DNA of 64,000 nucleotides. It comes from a virus. The position numbers were made by a program, and so were the translations under genes. Shown here one piece after another: positions 1 through 9,287 of this stretch (within the stretch, counting starts at the first letter, position 1; each line of letters opens with the position of its first letter). The notes beneath the pieces were generated by a model. The model did not search any database. It was given only the letters and a program-made list of their open reading frames with translations, and had not been told where the DNA came from. Location of the stretch: IMG/VR virus record IMGVR_UViG_3300046062_000024. One strand, 5' to 3'.

Positions 1-1
1 C

Positions 2-241
2 CTCGTGGACCGGCAGGCTCACGGCCGAGGGGTCGCGCCGGCCCCCCTCGACGGTCTTGCTCGCTTGCTCGTCCGGGGGGATGCGTTCGTCGCACTCGGC
101 GCAGATGGGCCAGTTGCGCTCGGGGTTCTCCTCGTCCATGCACGACGGACAGAGGTTGTCGTAATACACCTGTTTCACAAGGTCGAATCGAGCGCCACAC
201 TCGCGGCACTCGACGATGTCGCGGTCGTGGTCGTGGTTCAC
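2..241 (-). CDS. Cassette gene 1, CxxC zinc-finger protein (truncated by window edge)
   Basis: GTG 6 nt after the repeat; MNHDHDRDIVECRECG...LCPSC...ICAECDE; not in the ORF track. Confidence 0.7.
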   Translation of the reverse strand, partial: MNHDHDRDIVECRECGARFDLVKQVYYDNLCPSCMDEENPERNWPICAECDERIPPDEQASKTVEGGRRDPSAVSLPVHE

Positions 242-268
242 GGTGTCTCACGCCCCTCTTGGGGCTGG

Positions 269-296
269 CCCTCTCCTCGAAGCGAAAAGGAGAGGG
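269..296. repeat. 9-bp inverted repeat CCCTCTCCT/AGGAGAGGG overlapping an inverted partial copy of the array element (290-302)
   Basis: Read directly from the sequence. Confidence 0.85.
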
Positions 297-364
297 GCGT
301 GACCCGTAGTTGGCTGGCTGTACGCCTCGGTGCCCCTTTCGGGGCCGAAACCCGCCGCTGCGGG

Positions 365-796
365 CTACTTTCCGAGGCGGTCGCAGACCGCCTCGACGTT
401 CTCCTCGTGCCGGCCGTCGGCCGTGAACCCGTGGCCGGCGGCGGTGTAGTCGCTCGGTTCCTCGCCGATGGCTTCGGCGAGAATGGCGGACACGTCCGAG
501 TACGTCACGAGCATCTCGTGTGGTGCCACGTTCGTCATGCCGCGGGCCTCGTCCGCGGACCGCTGTCGGTCCTCCACCGCGCCGGACAGCGCGAGCGCCC
601 CGTTGTCCTCGTCGTTGCTGAACTCGTCGGCCGAGTCGAACAGCGTGTGGTCGAGGATGAACTCGTCGGTCACGTCGTCGCGGAACGGGTACAGCAGCGG
701 AAACGCCGCCCACGCCTGGATGTATTCCTGTCCGCTCGCCTCGCGTAGTTCGTCCAATGCGGTCGGTTTCGTCACGTCTGTGTCTATCTCGACCAT
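365..796 (-). CDS. Cassette gene, acidic hypothetical protein (143 aa)
   Basis: ATG 4 nt after the repeat; acidic halophile composition. Confidence 0.8.
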   Translation of the reverse strand: MVEIDTDVTKPTALDELREASGQEYIQAWAAFPLLYPFRDDVTDEFILDHTLFDSADEFSNDEDNGALALSGAVEDRQRSADEARGMTNVAPHEMLVTYSDVSAILAEAIGEEPSDYTAAGHGFTADGRHEENVEAVCDRLGK

Positions 797-841
797 GCAA
801 TCACGCCCCTCTCGGGGCCGTAGTGGCCTGTGGAGGCCACC

Positions 842-1576
842 CTATGGTTCTGCGTCTACGTCGTCGGGCGTTCGTTTGTCGCGCGTCTCCTCGACATCGG
901 GCATCGAATACTCGCCGAGCCGGGTTGCCTCCTCGGACAACTGCTTGGTCGGGTGGTACTCGTACTTCCGGCCGTCGCCCTCGGGCTGCTGGCGGCGGAC
1001 GACGAGTCCCTTGTTTCGGAACAGCCGCGACGAGCCGTTCTGGGTCTGTGTTTCCGACAGCGGGTTCGGCTCGTACTCGGCGAGCGCGCCCCCGCTGACC
1101 CAATCGGCGTCGTGGTCGGCATACCACTCCATGAGGATGTCGGCGATGACGTGGAGTTGGGTGTGTTCCCGGATACGCCCCGGCGGCTCGCCGGGGAACC
1201 CGACGTACTGCGGGTCAACTTTCCCGGCGAGCGGCGTGACCTGCGGCTGGAACCCGCTGCTGCCGGGACTCGAACTGGTGTCCTCGTCGGTGGTCGATGG
1301 CGCCGCCGGCTCGTCGCGCTCGGTCACGTCGGCGTCGATGGACGCGACCTCGTAGTCGTCCCACTCGACGCCGCCGAACATCTCGGCGGTAATGTCGCCG
1401 GCGTTCGGGCCGTCCGCGACGAGCGCGACCTCCGTGTCGCCGTCGCCGTTGACGACGACGGTGATGTCGGCCGCCTCGATGTCGCTCGGCGGGATGCCGA
1501 GGCCATTGAGGAGGCCCCTGGCGATGTTCGCGGCGGCGGAGCCCGCGACCTCGATGTTGGCTGTGTTGCCTGTCAT
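842..1576 (-). CDS. Cassette gene, protein with C-terminal winged-helix-like domain (244 aa)
   Basis: ATG 7 nt after the repeat; C-terminal SSRLFRNKGLVVRRQQ..GRKYEYHPT resembles a wHTH wing. Confidence 0.7.
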   Translation of the reverse strand: MTGNTANIEVAGSAAANIARGLLNGLGIPPSDIEAADITVVVNGDGDTEVALVADGPNAGDITAEMFGGVEWDDYEVASIDADVTERDEPAAPSTTDEDTSSSPGSSGFQPQVTPLAGKVDPQYVGFPGEPPGRIREHTQLHVIADILMEWYADHDADWVSGGALAEYEPNPLSETQTQNGSSRLFRNKGLVVRRQQPEGDGRKYEYHPTKQLSEEATRLGEYSMPDVEETRDKRTPDDVDAEP

Positions 1577-1662
1577 CGTGGAGTCACGCCCCTCTCGGGG
1601 CTGCCAGGAGCCGCTGTGTGCGCGTGTGTGCGGCTTCGTTGGTTGGCCGGCCCGTGGGCCGG

Positions 1663-2037
1663 CTACGCGCGCTCGCCGTCAGCGTCGGCCTCGACGCGGT
1701 CGAGAGCCACCGACAGAACGTCGGCTTCCATCACGACGTAGGCGAGACGCTTCAGTGTCTCCTCCGGGGTGTCGGCCTCGACGAGCGCCGGCCAGTCCGA
1801 GTACGTCGCCGGGTCGGTGTCCGCGTGTTCGACGATGGAGCCGTACAGTGCGCCGTCGTAGTAGTTCCGGGCGAACCAGTCGTGATAGTTGAGTTCCTCG
1901 GAACACATCTCCATGACGCCCTGCCGCCGGGAGTCGAAGTGGCCCGACTCGACCATCTCCTCGGCCTCATCGAGTAGCATCTCCACGAACGGTTCGACCG
2001 CCGCGTCGTACTCCGATTGCGTGATTGCGTCCGTCAC
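1663..2037 (-). CDS. Cassette gene, hypothetical protein (124 aa)
   Basis: GTG 6 nt after the repeat; acidic. Confidence 0.8.
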   Translation of the reverse strand: MTDAITQSEYDAAVEPFVEMLLDEAEEMVESGHFDSRRQGVMEMCSEELNYHDWFARNYYDGALYGSIVEHADTDPATYSDWPALVEADTPEETLKRLAYVVMEADVLSVALDRVEADADGERA

Positions 2038-2080
2038 AGTGTCTCACGCCCCTCTCGGGGCCGAATAGTATTGAGTCTGC

Positions 2081-2542
2081 CTACGACCGCGGCACGTCGT
2101 CCACCTCGACGGGGTACGTCGGGCCGTCCGGCAGGTCCTCGACGCGCCGGTTCTGAACGACGGTCTCGACCTCACCGTCCGGGTGGACAACGTGGTCGAA
2201 CGACACCGCTTCGGTGCCGAGACGCCGCGCTTTCCAGTGGTCGTGTGGGGGGACCGCCTCGGCGTCGCCGAACGTCCGGAAGTAGGCGTACTCGTCCACC
2301 GAGTTGACGGTCCCCCGCGTGCCGGTGTTCAGCGACCAGTATTCTTTCGCGTCGTAGAACGCCTGCCCGTTCCCGAGCGACGAGTAGCCGGGATGAACGT
2401 CGCCGCCGATGATGGCGCCCATGATGTAGCCGCCACAACCGGGACACTCCCGGGGCGCGTCGTCGGGACCGGGCTCGGGGTCGCTACACGAACACGGAGT
2501 GATACCGCCGTCGCCGTCGCCGTTGTTGGTTGCCTGTGGCAT
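2081..2542 (-). CDS. Cassette gene, Cys-containing hypothetical protein (153 aa)
   Basis: ATG 5 nt after the repeat; CSC..ECPGCGG. Confidence 0.75.
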   Translation of the reverse strand: MPQATNNGDGDGGITPCSCSDPEPGPDDAPRECPGCGGYIMGAIIGGDVHPGYSSLGNGQAFYDAKEYWSLNTGTRGTVNSVDEYAYFRTFGDAEAVPPHDHWKARRLGTEAVSFDHVVHPDGEVETVVQNRRVEDLPDGPTYPVEVDDVPRS

Positions 2543-2584
2543 CGTGGTCACGCCCCTCTCGGGGCCAATGTCCGGGGGTGGCGT

Positions 2585-2950
2585 TCACCCCTCGTGGCGG
2601 TACGTCTCCGCGATGGTGGCGCCGTGCTGGTCGATGGCGACGGTTCCGTCGAACCCGGTGACTCCGTAGCCGACGTTCTTGCTCCGGGTCCCGGTCGCGT
2701 CCTCGATGACCACCTCGTCATCCTCGACGGACAGTTCATCCCACTGGAAGGCGGTGTCGTCCAACGTCGCGCGGTCGAGGAAGATGTGGATGCCCCACAC
2801 CTCGGGCGGGTCGATGACCGACCACCACAACTCGTCGCCGTTGTCGTTCTCCGCGAGGACGGTGCCGCGCTCCTCGCCTTCGGGCGGTTCCTGCTCTTTG
2901 ACGTGGAACCCTATCTCCGTGAACGTCTCTTTGAACGTCTCGTGGTCCAT
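2585..2950 (-). CDS. Cassette gene, hypothetical protein (121 aa)
   Basis: ATG 4 nt after the repeat (MDHETFKETF); the longer track ORF reads through the repeat. Confidence 0.75.
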   Translation of the reverse strand: MDHETFKETFTEIGFHVKEQEPPEGEERGTVLAENDNGDELWWSVIDPPEVWGIHIFLDRATLDDTAFQWDELSVEDDEVVIEDATGTRSKNVGYGVTGFDGTVAIDQHGATIAETYRHEG

Positions 2951-2954
2951 CGAA

Positions 2955-3143
2955 TCACGCCCCTCTCGGGGCAGATACCGTGACATACCGCGACGAACCA
3001 TCCCGCTCGGGGCAGTAACCGTGACAGACCGCGGTATATCGCGGGGTATCGCCCCGTTTCGGGGAGATGCCGCGACATACCGCGACGAATCACCGGACAC
3101 CGACCCGTCTCGGGGAGGTACCGTGACATACCGCGACGAATCG
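2955..3143. repeat. Four degenerate ~41-52 bp tandem units, each containing the right half of the array element
   Basis: ACCGTGACATACCGCGACGAA identical at 2977-2997 and 3120-3140, near-identical at 3070-3089; TCGGGG begins each unit. Confidence 0.85.
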
Positions 3144-3719
3144 TCAGACCTCGGCGGCGTCGGCCGCCCACTGCATGAGGTCTTTCGCCTCGTTGTCGCG
3201 CTTGGCGGTGTTCTCCAGTTGCGCGAGCATCGCGTTGTACTCACGGGCGTCGAGGCCGCCGACCGGGCGGTTCGTGTGGTCGGCCTGCTCGGCTGTCCGT
3301 GTGGCCTCGGTTAGCACGTCCGTGTCCGTTCCGTCCCACCGTTTGAAGTTCTGGAGCGTCTCGACGACCGACAGGTTCGGCCGCTCGGTCACGTACCGGA
3401 CCGCTTGCTGTATCCAGTCGTGGACACCACCGTTGAACGCGACCGAGAGGTCGGCGGTGTCGGCCAGGAGGTCGAACCCGTCGAGTGCGGGGTTTGCCCG
3501 GAACTCGAACGAGTGGAACAGGTCCTCCACGGTCGTCCAGTGTTCGGACAGCACGTAGCCTTCGAGGTTGACGTAGCCCTCGGGGAACTCCTTGCGAGCG
3601 CTCACGTCGACCGTCAGCGCCAGGGTGTTCTCGACGGCGTAGTCCGCACGGCCGTCCTGCCCCCTGTCGCGGTGGGTCGCTTCTGCTTCGACCGTTCCGT
3701 TGACACGTATCGTTATCAC
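3144..3719 (-). CDS. Cassette gene, hypothetical protein (191 aa)
   Basis: GTG 6 nt after the repeat. Confidence 0.75.
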   Translation of the reverse strand: MITIRVNGTVEAEATHRDRGQDGRADYAVENTLALTVDVSARKEFPEGYVNLEGYVLSEHWTTVEDLFHSFEFRANPALDGFDLLADTADLSVAFNGGVHDWIQQAVRYVTERPNLSVVETLQNFKRWDGTDTDVLTEATRTAEQADHTNRPVGGLDAREYNAMLAQLENTAKRDNEAKDLMQWAADAAEV

Positions 3720-3761
3720 GGACAATCACGCCCCTCTCGGGGCGGCGACCGCTTACGGCGG

Positions 3762-4301
3762 TCAGTCGAGGATGCCGGCGAGTTCGCCGAGGCGGCGGAG
3801 GTCCTCGGACATATCCTCGCGGAGATGCGCTCCGTCGCGCTCGGTGGTGTGCGTGGGGAAGGCGTAGCCGTTCCAGTCGTCGCGGAGCCCGCGGACGTAG
3901 CCGTTACAGAACGCCTCGGCGCCGTCCGGCCACTCGTCGTCGTGGCTCTCGTAGGTGTCTCGGTCGCCGACCTCGTGTATCTCGATGTCCACGTTCCCGG
4001 TGAAATTCATCAGGTGAACGCCGCCGGATTTGACGTACACCCGGATGATGTCGCGGTCGCGGTCCGCCCGGGCGATGGTCGGGACGCTGTTCATCGAGCG
4101 GACGAGGAGTTCCGCCAGCGCCTCGGTCCGTGAGAGGTCAACTGGGACGGCGTGGAACACTTGGCGCTCGTCGCACTCCGTGCAGGTCCCCGACAGGCGA
4201 CGGCCAGTAACGGACACCTTCGGGTCTCCTGCCCCACACTCCGGGCACTGGTAGACGAGTCGCTCCCACGCTTCCGTCTCGGGTAGCTCCTGTTGTGGCA
4301 C
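3762..4301 (-). CDS. Cassette gene, zinc-ribbon protein (179 aa)
   Basis: GTG 5 nt after the repeat; CPECG...CTECD. Confidence 0.8.
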   Translation of the reverse strand: MPQQELPETEAWERLVYQCPECGAGDPKVSVTGRRLSGTCTECDERQVFHAVPVDLSRTEALAELLVRSMNSVPTIARADRDRDIIRVYVKSGGVHLMNFTGNVDIEIHEVGDRDTYESHDDEWPDGAEAFCNGYVRGLRDDWNGYAFPTHTTERDGAHLREDMSEDLRRLGELAGILD

Positions 4302-4349
4302 GGGAATCACGCCCCTCTCGGGGCCGAACCGGGGCGGGCGCCCCGGTCG

Positions 4350-4778
4350 TCAGTTGATGGGTTCGGCCCACGCCGCGATGTCCGCCGGAACGACCGACCC
4401 GGGGTTTTCGTAGAAACCGCCGTTCCGCATGACCCACCCCTGCATCCACACGTAGGCGAGGGCACGCGAGGCGGCGAGCGACTCCACCTCCAGCATTGCG
4501 ACCGACGAGGCGCCGGACACCATCTCTCCGGGCTCGTCGGGCTGGAGAACACAGTCGCCGTTGTCGTAGTCGCCCATCGACGGCTGGACGCTGTACGTCC
4601 CGTCGTCGGCCTGCATGACGCGGGCCGCTGTTGCCGTCCGGGGGTGGACGAACGCCTCGTGGTCCTCGTCGATGTGTCGGGCGTCGCGGCTGGCGATTTT
4701 GTCCTCGTCCCAATGCTCGACGCTGTAGAGCAGGTCCTCGTCGTCCGGGACCTGCTTGAAACTCGTAGCCATATCCAT
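4350..4778 (-). CDS. Cassette gene, hypothetical protein (142 aa)
   Basis: ATG 6 nt after the repeat. Confidence 0.8.
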   Translation of the reverse strand: MDMATSFKQVPDDEDLLYSVEHWDEDKIASRDARHIDEDHEAFVHPRTATAARVMQADDGTYSVQPSMGDYDNGDCVLQPDEPGEMVSGASSVAMLEVESLAASRALAYVWMQGWVMRNGGFYENPGSVVPADIAAWAEPIN

Positions 4779-4838
4779 CGGGCGTCACGCCCCTCTCGGG
4801 GCCGGGACCGCTTACGGCGGTCAGTCGAGGATGTCGTG

Positions 4839-4940
4839 TCAACAGTCCGGTAGCACTTCGATGTGTTCGTCACACACGGCTATCTCTGTACGCCCATCCC
4901 GCGTGACGGCAGGCGTGTCACAGAACGCACAATACGTCAT
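4839..4940 (-). CDS. Small Cys/His peptide (33 aa), ATGA-coupled to the upstream cassette gene
   Basis: MTYCAFCDTP..AVCDEH; 4-nt ATGA overlap with 4937..5329; followed in frame by HDILD* remnant. Confidence 0.5.
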   Translation of the reverse strand: MTYCAFCDTPAVTRDGRTEIAVCDEHIEVLPDC

Positions 4941-5329
4941 GTGACACCTCCGTCGCCGGGGCGCCGGATGGTGATGTCCGCAAGCAGCCAGTACGCCTCG
5001 TACCGCGAGAAGTGGCGCTCGGGGTGGTTCGGCGTGCCGGTCGCGCACACGTAGTCCGGCCCCACCTCGACATCCACGGCGACGTTCCACGATTCACCGT
5101 AGGTCATGTCGGTGTAGTCCACGTCGGAGACGCGGTGCCACTCGTCCGGCCCGGTTTCGACGGTGACGTACTCGGGCGTCCAGCGGTACCTGACGGAATC
5201 CACGGTGTGTCGGAGCGTGCGGTCGTCCAGCAGGTCGAGGTCGCTCGCGTGAACCGGGTGGAACGCATGCGGCTCGCTGGCGAACTCGCGGAGTTGCGCC
5301 GGGTCTGGATAGCGTGTTTCCTGTGGCAT
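4937..5329 (-). CDS. Cassette gene, hypothetical protein (130 aa)
   Basis: ATG 5 nt after the repeat (MPQETRY). Confidence 0.8.
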   Translation of the reverse strand: MPQETRYPDPAQLREFASEPHAFHPVHASDLDLLDDRTLRHTVDSVRYRWTPEYVTVETGPDEWHRVSDVDYTDMTYGESWNVAVDVEVGPDYVCATGTPNHPERHFSRYEAYWLLADITIRRPGDGGVT

Positions 5330-5372
5330 CGGCTTCACGCCCCTCTCGGGGCCGACAGCGGGCGTGTGCCCG

Positions 5373-6134
5373 CTACTCGTCGTCGGCCGCCTCGTCCGGC
5401 GGTTGGACGCTCCACCCGTCGGGGAGGAGACAGACGGCGAGGGTGGCGACCTCGTAGGATTTGAGGTTCGCCTGTATCTCGCCGGGGAGGTCGAGGTCGT
5501 CGTTCTCGACCAGCATCCAGTACAGGTCGCTCACGTCGTCTTTGAACAGCGACGTGAACCCCGTGTCGCGGGCGAGACACACCATCGGGCCGTAGCCCGT
5601 GTCGGGTTCCAGGTCAACCACCTCGCGGTTCGTGATGGACCCGATGGTCGGCCCGGCCTCGCGTTTGCGCTCGGCGCGCTCCGCTTGCGTGCGCGGCATC
5701 CGGTAGCCAGCGTTCTTCCGGTGGTTCTGGATGGCGCCGCAGGCGTTACACACCTGTTGGCGCTCGCCCGGGAGGGTGGCGACCGTCTGTTTGAGTCGGT
5801 CGTACCCGCAGCGGGCGCACTCGCCTTCGACTATCTCGGTGTACGAGCCCTGCGTGCCCTCGACGGGGCCGGACCGCATGTTGGACTCCAACAGCACCGG
5901 GAGGTCCTCGCCGGTGTCCATCCGGGCGATGCGGGGGTCGTCGCCGCCCGAGTCCTCGGGGAGCCGGGAGCGGACGCCGGGGCGGTCACACGGGTGGCCG
6001 TCCACGTCCGTCGTCTCCTGGCCGAGATAGTCCGGGCCGACGGTGCCGGATACGTCGAGGTTGTAGCCGCTCGGTGCGCCGCGTTCGTTGGCCCCCATCC
6101 GCTTGAGGGCACTGTCAGGCTCCTCGCCTGTCAT
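5373..6134 (-). CDS. Cassette gene, zinc-ribbon protein (253 aa)
   Basis: ATG 5 nt after the repeat; CARCG...CNACG. Confidence 0.8.
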   Translation of the reverse strand: MTGEEPDSALKRMGANERGAPSGYNLDVSGTVGPDYLGQETTDVDGHPCDRPGVRSRLPEDSGGDDPRIARMDTGEDLPVLLESNMRSGPVEGTQGSYTEIVEGECARCGYDRLKQTVATLPGERQQVCNACGAIQNHRKNAGYRMPRTQAERAERKREAGPTIGSITNREVVDLEPDTGYGPMVCLARDTGFTSLFKDDVSDLYWMLVENDDLDLPGEIQANLKSYEVATLAVCLLPDGWSVQPPDEAADDE

Positions 6135-6177
6135 CGCGGTCACGCCCCTCTCGGGGCACTGGTGTGGGTGGTGGGGG

Positions 6178-6474
6178 CTACAGGTCCGCGGGTGGAAAGC
6201 GCATCACCTCGACGGTGGCGAGTAATTCGTCGTCGCCCACCTCGATGTTCGGGTCGAACCGGCCGGAGCGGAGACACACGAACGCCCACTCGGCGCGCTC
6301 CGGTCTGTCCTCGACGTGGACCCAGAAGCCGAGACTGGTCACGTCCGAAAGCACCACGTCGGTCTGGTGTCCCATCACCCCGGCTTTCCACTCGCCGGAG
6401 ACGCGGTCGATGTAATCCATGTTGCGGAACGCCTGTTCCATCAATTCTCGCTGTCGTTCGGTCGGGTGTGGCAC
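6178..6474 (-). CDS. Cassette gene, hypothetical protein (98 aa)
   Basis: GTG 5 nt after the repeat (MPHPTERQ). Confidence 0.75.
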   Translation of the reverse strand: MPHPTERQRELMEQAFRNMDYIDRVSGEWKAGVMGHQTDVVLSDVTSLGFWVHVEDRPERAEWAFVCLRSGRFDPNIEVGDDELLATVEVMRFPPADL

Positions 6475-6524
6475 GGGAATCACGCCCCTCTCGGGGCCGG
6501 GAGCCGGCGGTCGCCCGCCGGTGG

Positions 6525-7469
6525 TTAGCGGAACACGCAGTACCCGATGTGGTCGTCGTCGCACGTGTGGAACACGGCGCCGTCGATGTGGTCGTCGTCG
6601 TGGGCCGCGTTCAACGCCGGGTGGTCGTCGTCGCCTTCTTCGATGAGGCCTTCGTCCTGTAACTCGAACGGGTCGATGGACCGCTGGTAGCGCAGTTCAT
6701 CGCTCCCGTAGAGACAGGACTCGTAATCGACCCACTCGCAGCGTTGACACCGGAACTCTAACTCGTGGGGGAGCCAGCCGCCCATCGCGCTGGTGTACGC
6801 CCGCGGGCCGGTGTAGCCGCCGCGAACGTCCGCGCCCTGATGGACTTGGACGAACCCGTACCCGGCGTAGGGACCGCCGAGGACGACGCCCTGAAGCACC
6901 TGCGAGAGTGAGTGACACTCCCCGTTGTAGGTGTTGAAGGTGAACCCCGCCTCGGTGCCCTGGATGTCGTTCTGGACCGCGAGAACGTCCGTGATGAACC
7001 CGTCGGGGACACCCCACTCGCGGAGGTCGAACTCCGTGAGCGCGTTGTCGAACAACAGGTCGCGGAACGCCTCGCTGGACGAGAGCCACGGCTCGCGCTC
7101 CTGGCTGTCGGTGTGGCCGAAGGCGTAGAGTGCGGCTTCCAGCGCGACCGCCGGCCGGTCGCGGCCGAAGGCCCGCTCCATCCAGTGGTAGACGTTGTGG
7201 GTAACGTAGCCGTTCCCCACGTCCCACGCCGGGCGTTCCCACGGGGGATTCTCCTGGTTTTCCTCCCAGTGCCGACCGTAGGCACTGCCGGAATCCAAGA
7301 GGTGCCTGCCCGTGTTCTCGGTCAGTTGGGACCGAATCACGTCCACGGCGTCGTCCGTGGCCATCGGGATAGGCTTCTCGCCGGGGGCGTTGTACGCCGC
7401 CTCGGCGAACGCCCGGACGAGTCGCTGGAGTTCGTCGGTACTGCCGTCTGTGGTCTGGTTGCCTGACAT
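6525..7469 (-). CDS. Cassette gene, conserved-looking viral hypothetical protein (314 aa)
   Basis: ATG 5 nt after the repeat; motifs TGRHLLDSGSAYGRHW, NTYNGE, HQGADVRGGY that I recall from uncharacterised phage proteins (unverified); C-terminal CQRC. Confidence 0.8.
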   Translation of the reverse strand: MSGNQTTDGSTDELQRLVRAFAEAAYNAPGEKPIPMATDDAVDVIRSQLTENTGRHLLDSGSAYGRHWEENQENPPWERPAWDVGNGYVTHNVYHWMERAFGRDRPAVALEAALYAFGHTDSQEREPWLSSSEAFRDLLFDNALTEFDLREWGVPDGFITDVLAVQNDIQGTEAGFTFNTYNGECHSLSQVLQGVVLGGPYAGYGFVQVHQGADVRGGYTGPRAYTSAMGGWLPHELEFRCQRCEWVDYESCLYGSDELRYQRSIDPFELQDEGLIEEGDDDHPALNAAHDDDHIDGAVFHTCDDDHIGYCVFR

Positions 7470-7521
7470 GGCAGTCACGCCCCTCTCGGGGCTGCTACCC
7501 GCCGATGAGGCGGGTGGTGTG

Positions 7522-7935
7522 CTACTCGGATAACACCATCTCGGGGACGGCCTCGTCGGGGAGTGCCGCCTCGAACTCGGCCGCCGCCGCGTTCACCTCG
7601 TCGATGAGCCTGACGACGAACCGAGGGTAGTATTCGACGGCTCGGCGGAGCAGGTCATCGTCGGCTTCCGGCGCCGGGACGCCGCTGCCCCGGCTGTTCG
7701 GGTGGTTTTTCGACACGAACAGCGCCCCGCTCTGACGGACGGTGTAGTAGCACGACCGGCCGGGTTTGGCGACCTTCACCGTGATGTCCCCGACGCCGGC
7801 CCCGCCGTAAGAGCGGGGTTTCGTGACGCCGGTGAGCATCTCGGCTTCGGGACGGTCGCGGAGCCACTCGCGGAGCGCCTCGTCGCTGTCCTCGACGCGC
7901 TCGACGGCTTCTCGGAGTTGTGGTATCTCCTCCAT
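7522..7935 (-). CDS. Cassette gene, hypothetical protein (137 aa)
   Basis: ATG 7 nt after a variant repeat. Confidence 0.8.
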   Translation of the reverse strand: MEEIPQLREAVERVEDSDEALREWLRDRPEAEMLTGVTKPRSYGGAGVGDITVKVAKPGRSCYYTVRQSGALFVSKNHPNSRGSGVPAPEADDDLLRRAVEYYPRFVVRLIDEVNAAAAEFEAALPDEAVPEMVLSE

Positions 7936-7991
7936 AGCGGTATCATGCCCCTCTCGGGACGAAACCGGGGAGTTGCCCCCCACCGACCGGG

Positions 7992-8255
7992 TCAGGTCGG
8001 CGTGACCAGCGGTTCAAGTTCTCGCGTTGCCCGCTCGACGCCGTGCGCCTCGGCGTACTGATAGCACCCGGGGTGAGCCTCCCCGTCGGGATACTCCTCA
8101 CGACGCCACAAGTCGATGGTTTGTGTCTCGTCGGCGTACCCGCCGCAGAGCGGACACGTCACGCTGTGGGCGTCTATCCACCGCTCGTTCGGCGAGACGC
8201 CAGCCGCCAGCGGGATGCCGTCAACGGTCGGCCGGTCGTTGTCGTTGTCCTCCAT
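7992..8255 (-). CDS. Cassette gene, zinc-finger protein (87 aa)
   Basis: ATG 5 nt after the repeat; CPLCG...HPGC. Confidence 0.75.
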   Translation of the reverse strand: MEDNDNDRPTVDGIPLAAGVSPNERWIDAHSVTCPLCGGYADETQTIDLWRREEYPDGEAHPGCYQYAEAHGVERATRELEPLVTPT

Positions 8256-8313
8256 AGCGGTCACGCCCCTCTCGGGGCCGAAGGCCGGAGCGTCGCCGGC
8301 GGGGTGGGTGGCT

Positions 8314-8607
8314 CTATAGCCACTCGTGGTCGGGGTGGGCGAGGAGCCACCCGGCGGCGATGCCTTCCGACTTGGCTGCCTCCGACATGACCGAGGGGGC
8401 CACGTCGGTCTGACGGACCGGGTATCCCTCGTGGAGTACCTCGCCCGCGTCGTGGTTCACCACGAGGTAGGTGTAGGTCCGGTGGTCGCTCACCCGCGCC
8501 TCGTTCTTGATACACCGCACGTCGAGGGGGCTGAAGTCCTCGGGGTCGTGCAGGGTGGTTTGCGATGCCTCCACGGCGTCGTCGTAGGTGCGCGTGTCGC
8601 GTCCCAT
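8314..8607 (-). CDS. Cassette gene, hypothetical protein (97 aa)
   Basis: ATG 6 nt after the repeat. Confidence 0.75.
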   Translation of the reverse strand: MGRDTRTYDDAVEASQTTLHDPEDFSPLDVRCIKNEARVSDHRTYTYLVVNHDAGEVLHEGYPVRQTDVAPSVMSEAAKSEGIAAGWLLAHPDHEWL

Positions 8608-8653
8608 CGTGGGTCACGCCCCTCTCGGGGCCGAAGGCCGGGGCGGTCCCGGG

Positions 8654-8797
8654 TTATTCCAGGTCGTGGACGGCGACGGGTTCGTCGTCGCTCGTCCGGT
8701 AGACCGCTATCTCGCTATGCTCCTCGCTGACGGAGACTACCAGGTCGCCGTCGATAAAGACGTTCAGGTACTCGCCGCGGTGGTCTGCCTCTATCAT
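8654..8797 (-). CDS. Cassette gene, small acidic protein (47 aa)
   Basis: ATG 6 nt after the repeat; MIEADHRGEYLNVFIDGDLVVSV...DLE; below the ORF-track cutoff. Confidence 0.7.
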   Translation of the reverse strand: MIEADHRGEYLNVFIDGDLVVSVSEEHSEIAVYRTSDDEPVAVHDLE

Positions 8798-8842
8798 CGG
8801 TGGTCACGCCCCTCTCGGGGCAAATACCGGGTGGGTTGTGGG

Positions 8843-9244
8843 TTATTCCCGGGGCGGCTTCGGGCCGATTTCGTCAATCAGGTCGGGGCGGTACCGCTCG
8901 GTTTTCTCGTACAGTACCCGCCGGAAGTGGACTGGCCCCGCGCCGATGCTCACACCGGCGGCCCACAGGTAGGCCGGACCGAAGGTGTCCAGCAGGAGCC
9001 TGACGTTGTTCCCGTCGGCGTGGAAAAACGCCTCGGCGACGTTGCCGTCCCACAGGTTGCCGGCGAAGTCGCCGCCGCGCTCGCGGACCCGCTCGGGGTC
9101 GTCGTGCTTGCGGACGAGTTCCTTGACGCTGTGGCGGTCCACGTCCGGGTGGTCGGACGGCTCGGCCAGCATGACGGTGGCGAACTCGGGCGATGCGCCG
9201 GCGACGAGTAGCCGTTCGGCGTCCGAATAGGAGTCGGGGTTCAT
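8843..9244 (-). CDS. Cassette gene, hypothetical protein (133 aa)
   Basis: ATG 6 nt after the repeat. Confidence 0.8.
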   Translation of the reverse strand: MNPDSYSDAERLLVAGASPEFATVMLAEPSDHPDVDRHSVKELVRKHDDPERVRERGGDFAGNLWDGNVAEAFFHADGNNVRLLLDTFGPAYLWAAGVSIGAGPVHFRRVLYEKTERYRPDLIDEIGPKPPRE

Positions 9245-9287
9245 CGGTGGTCACGCCCCTCTCGGGGCGACGGTGTGGGGCTGTCGG

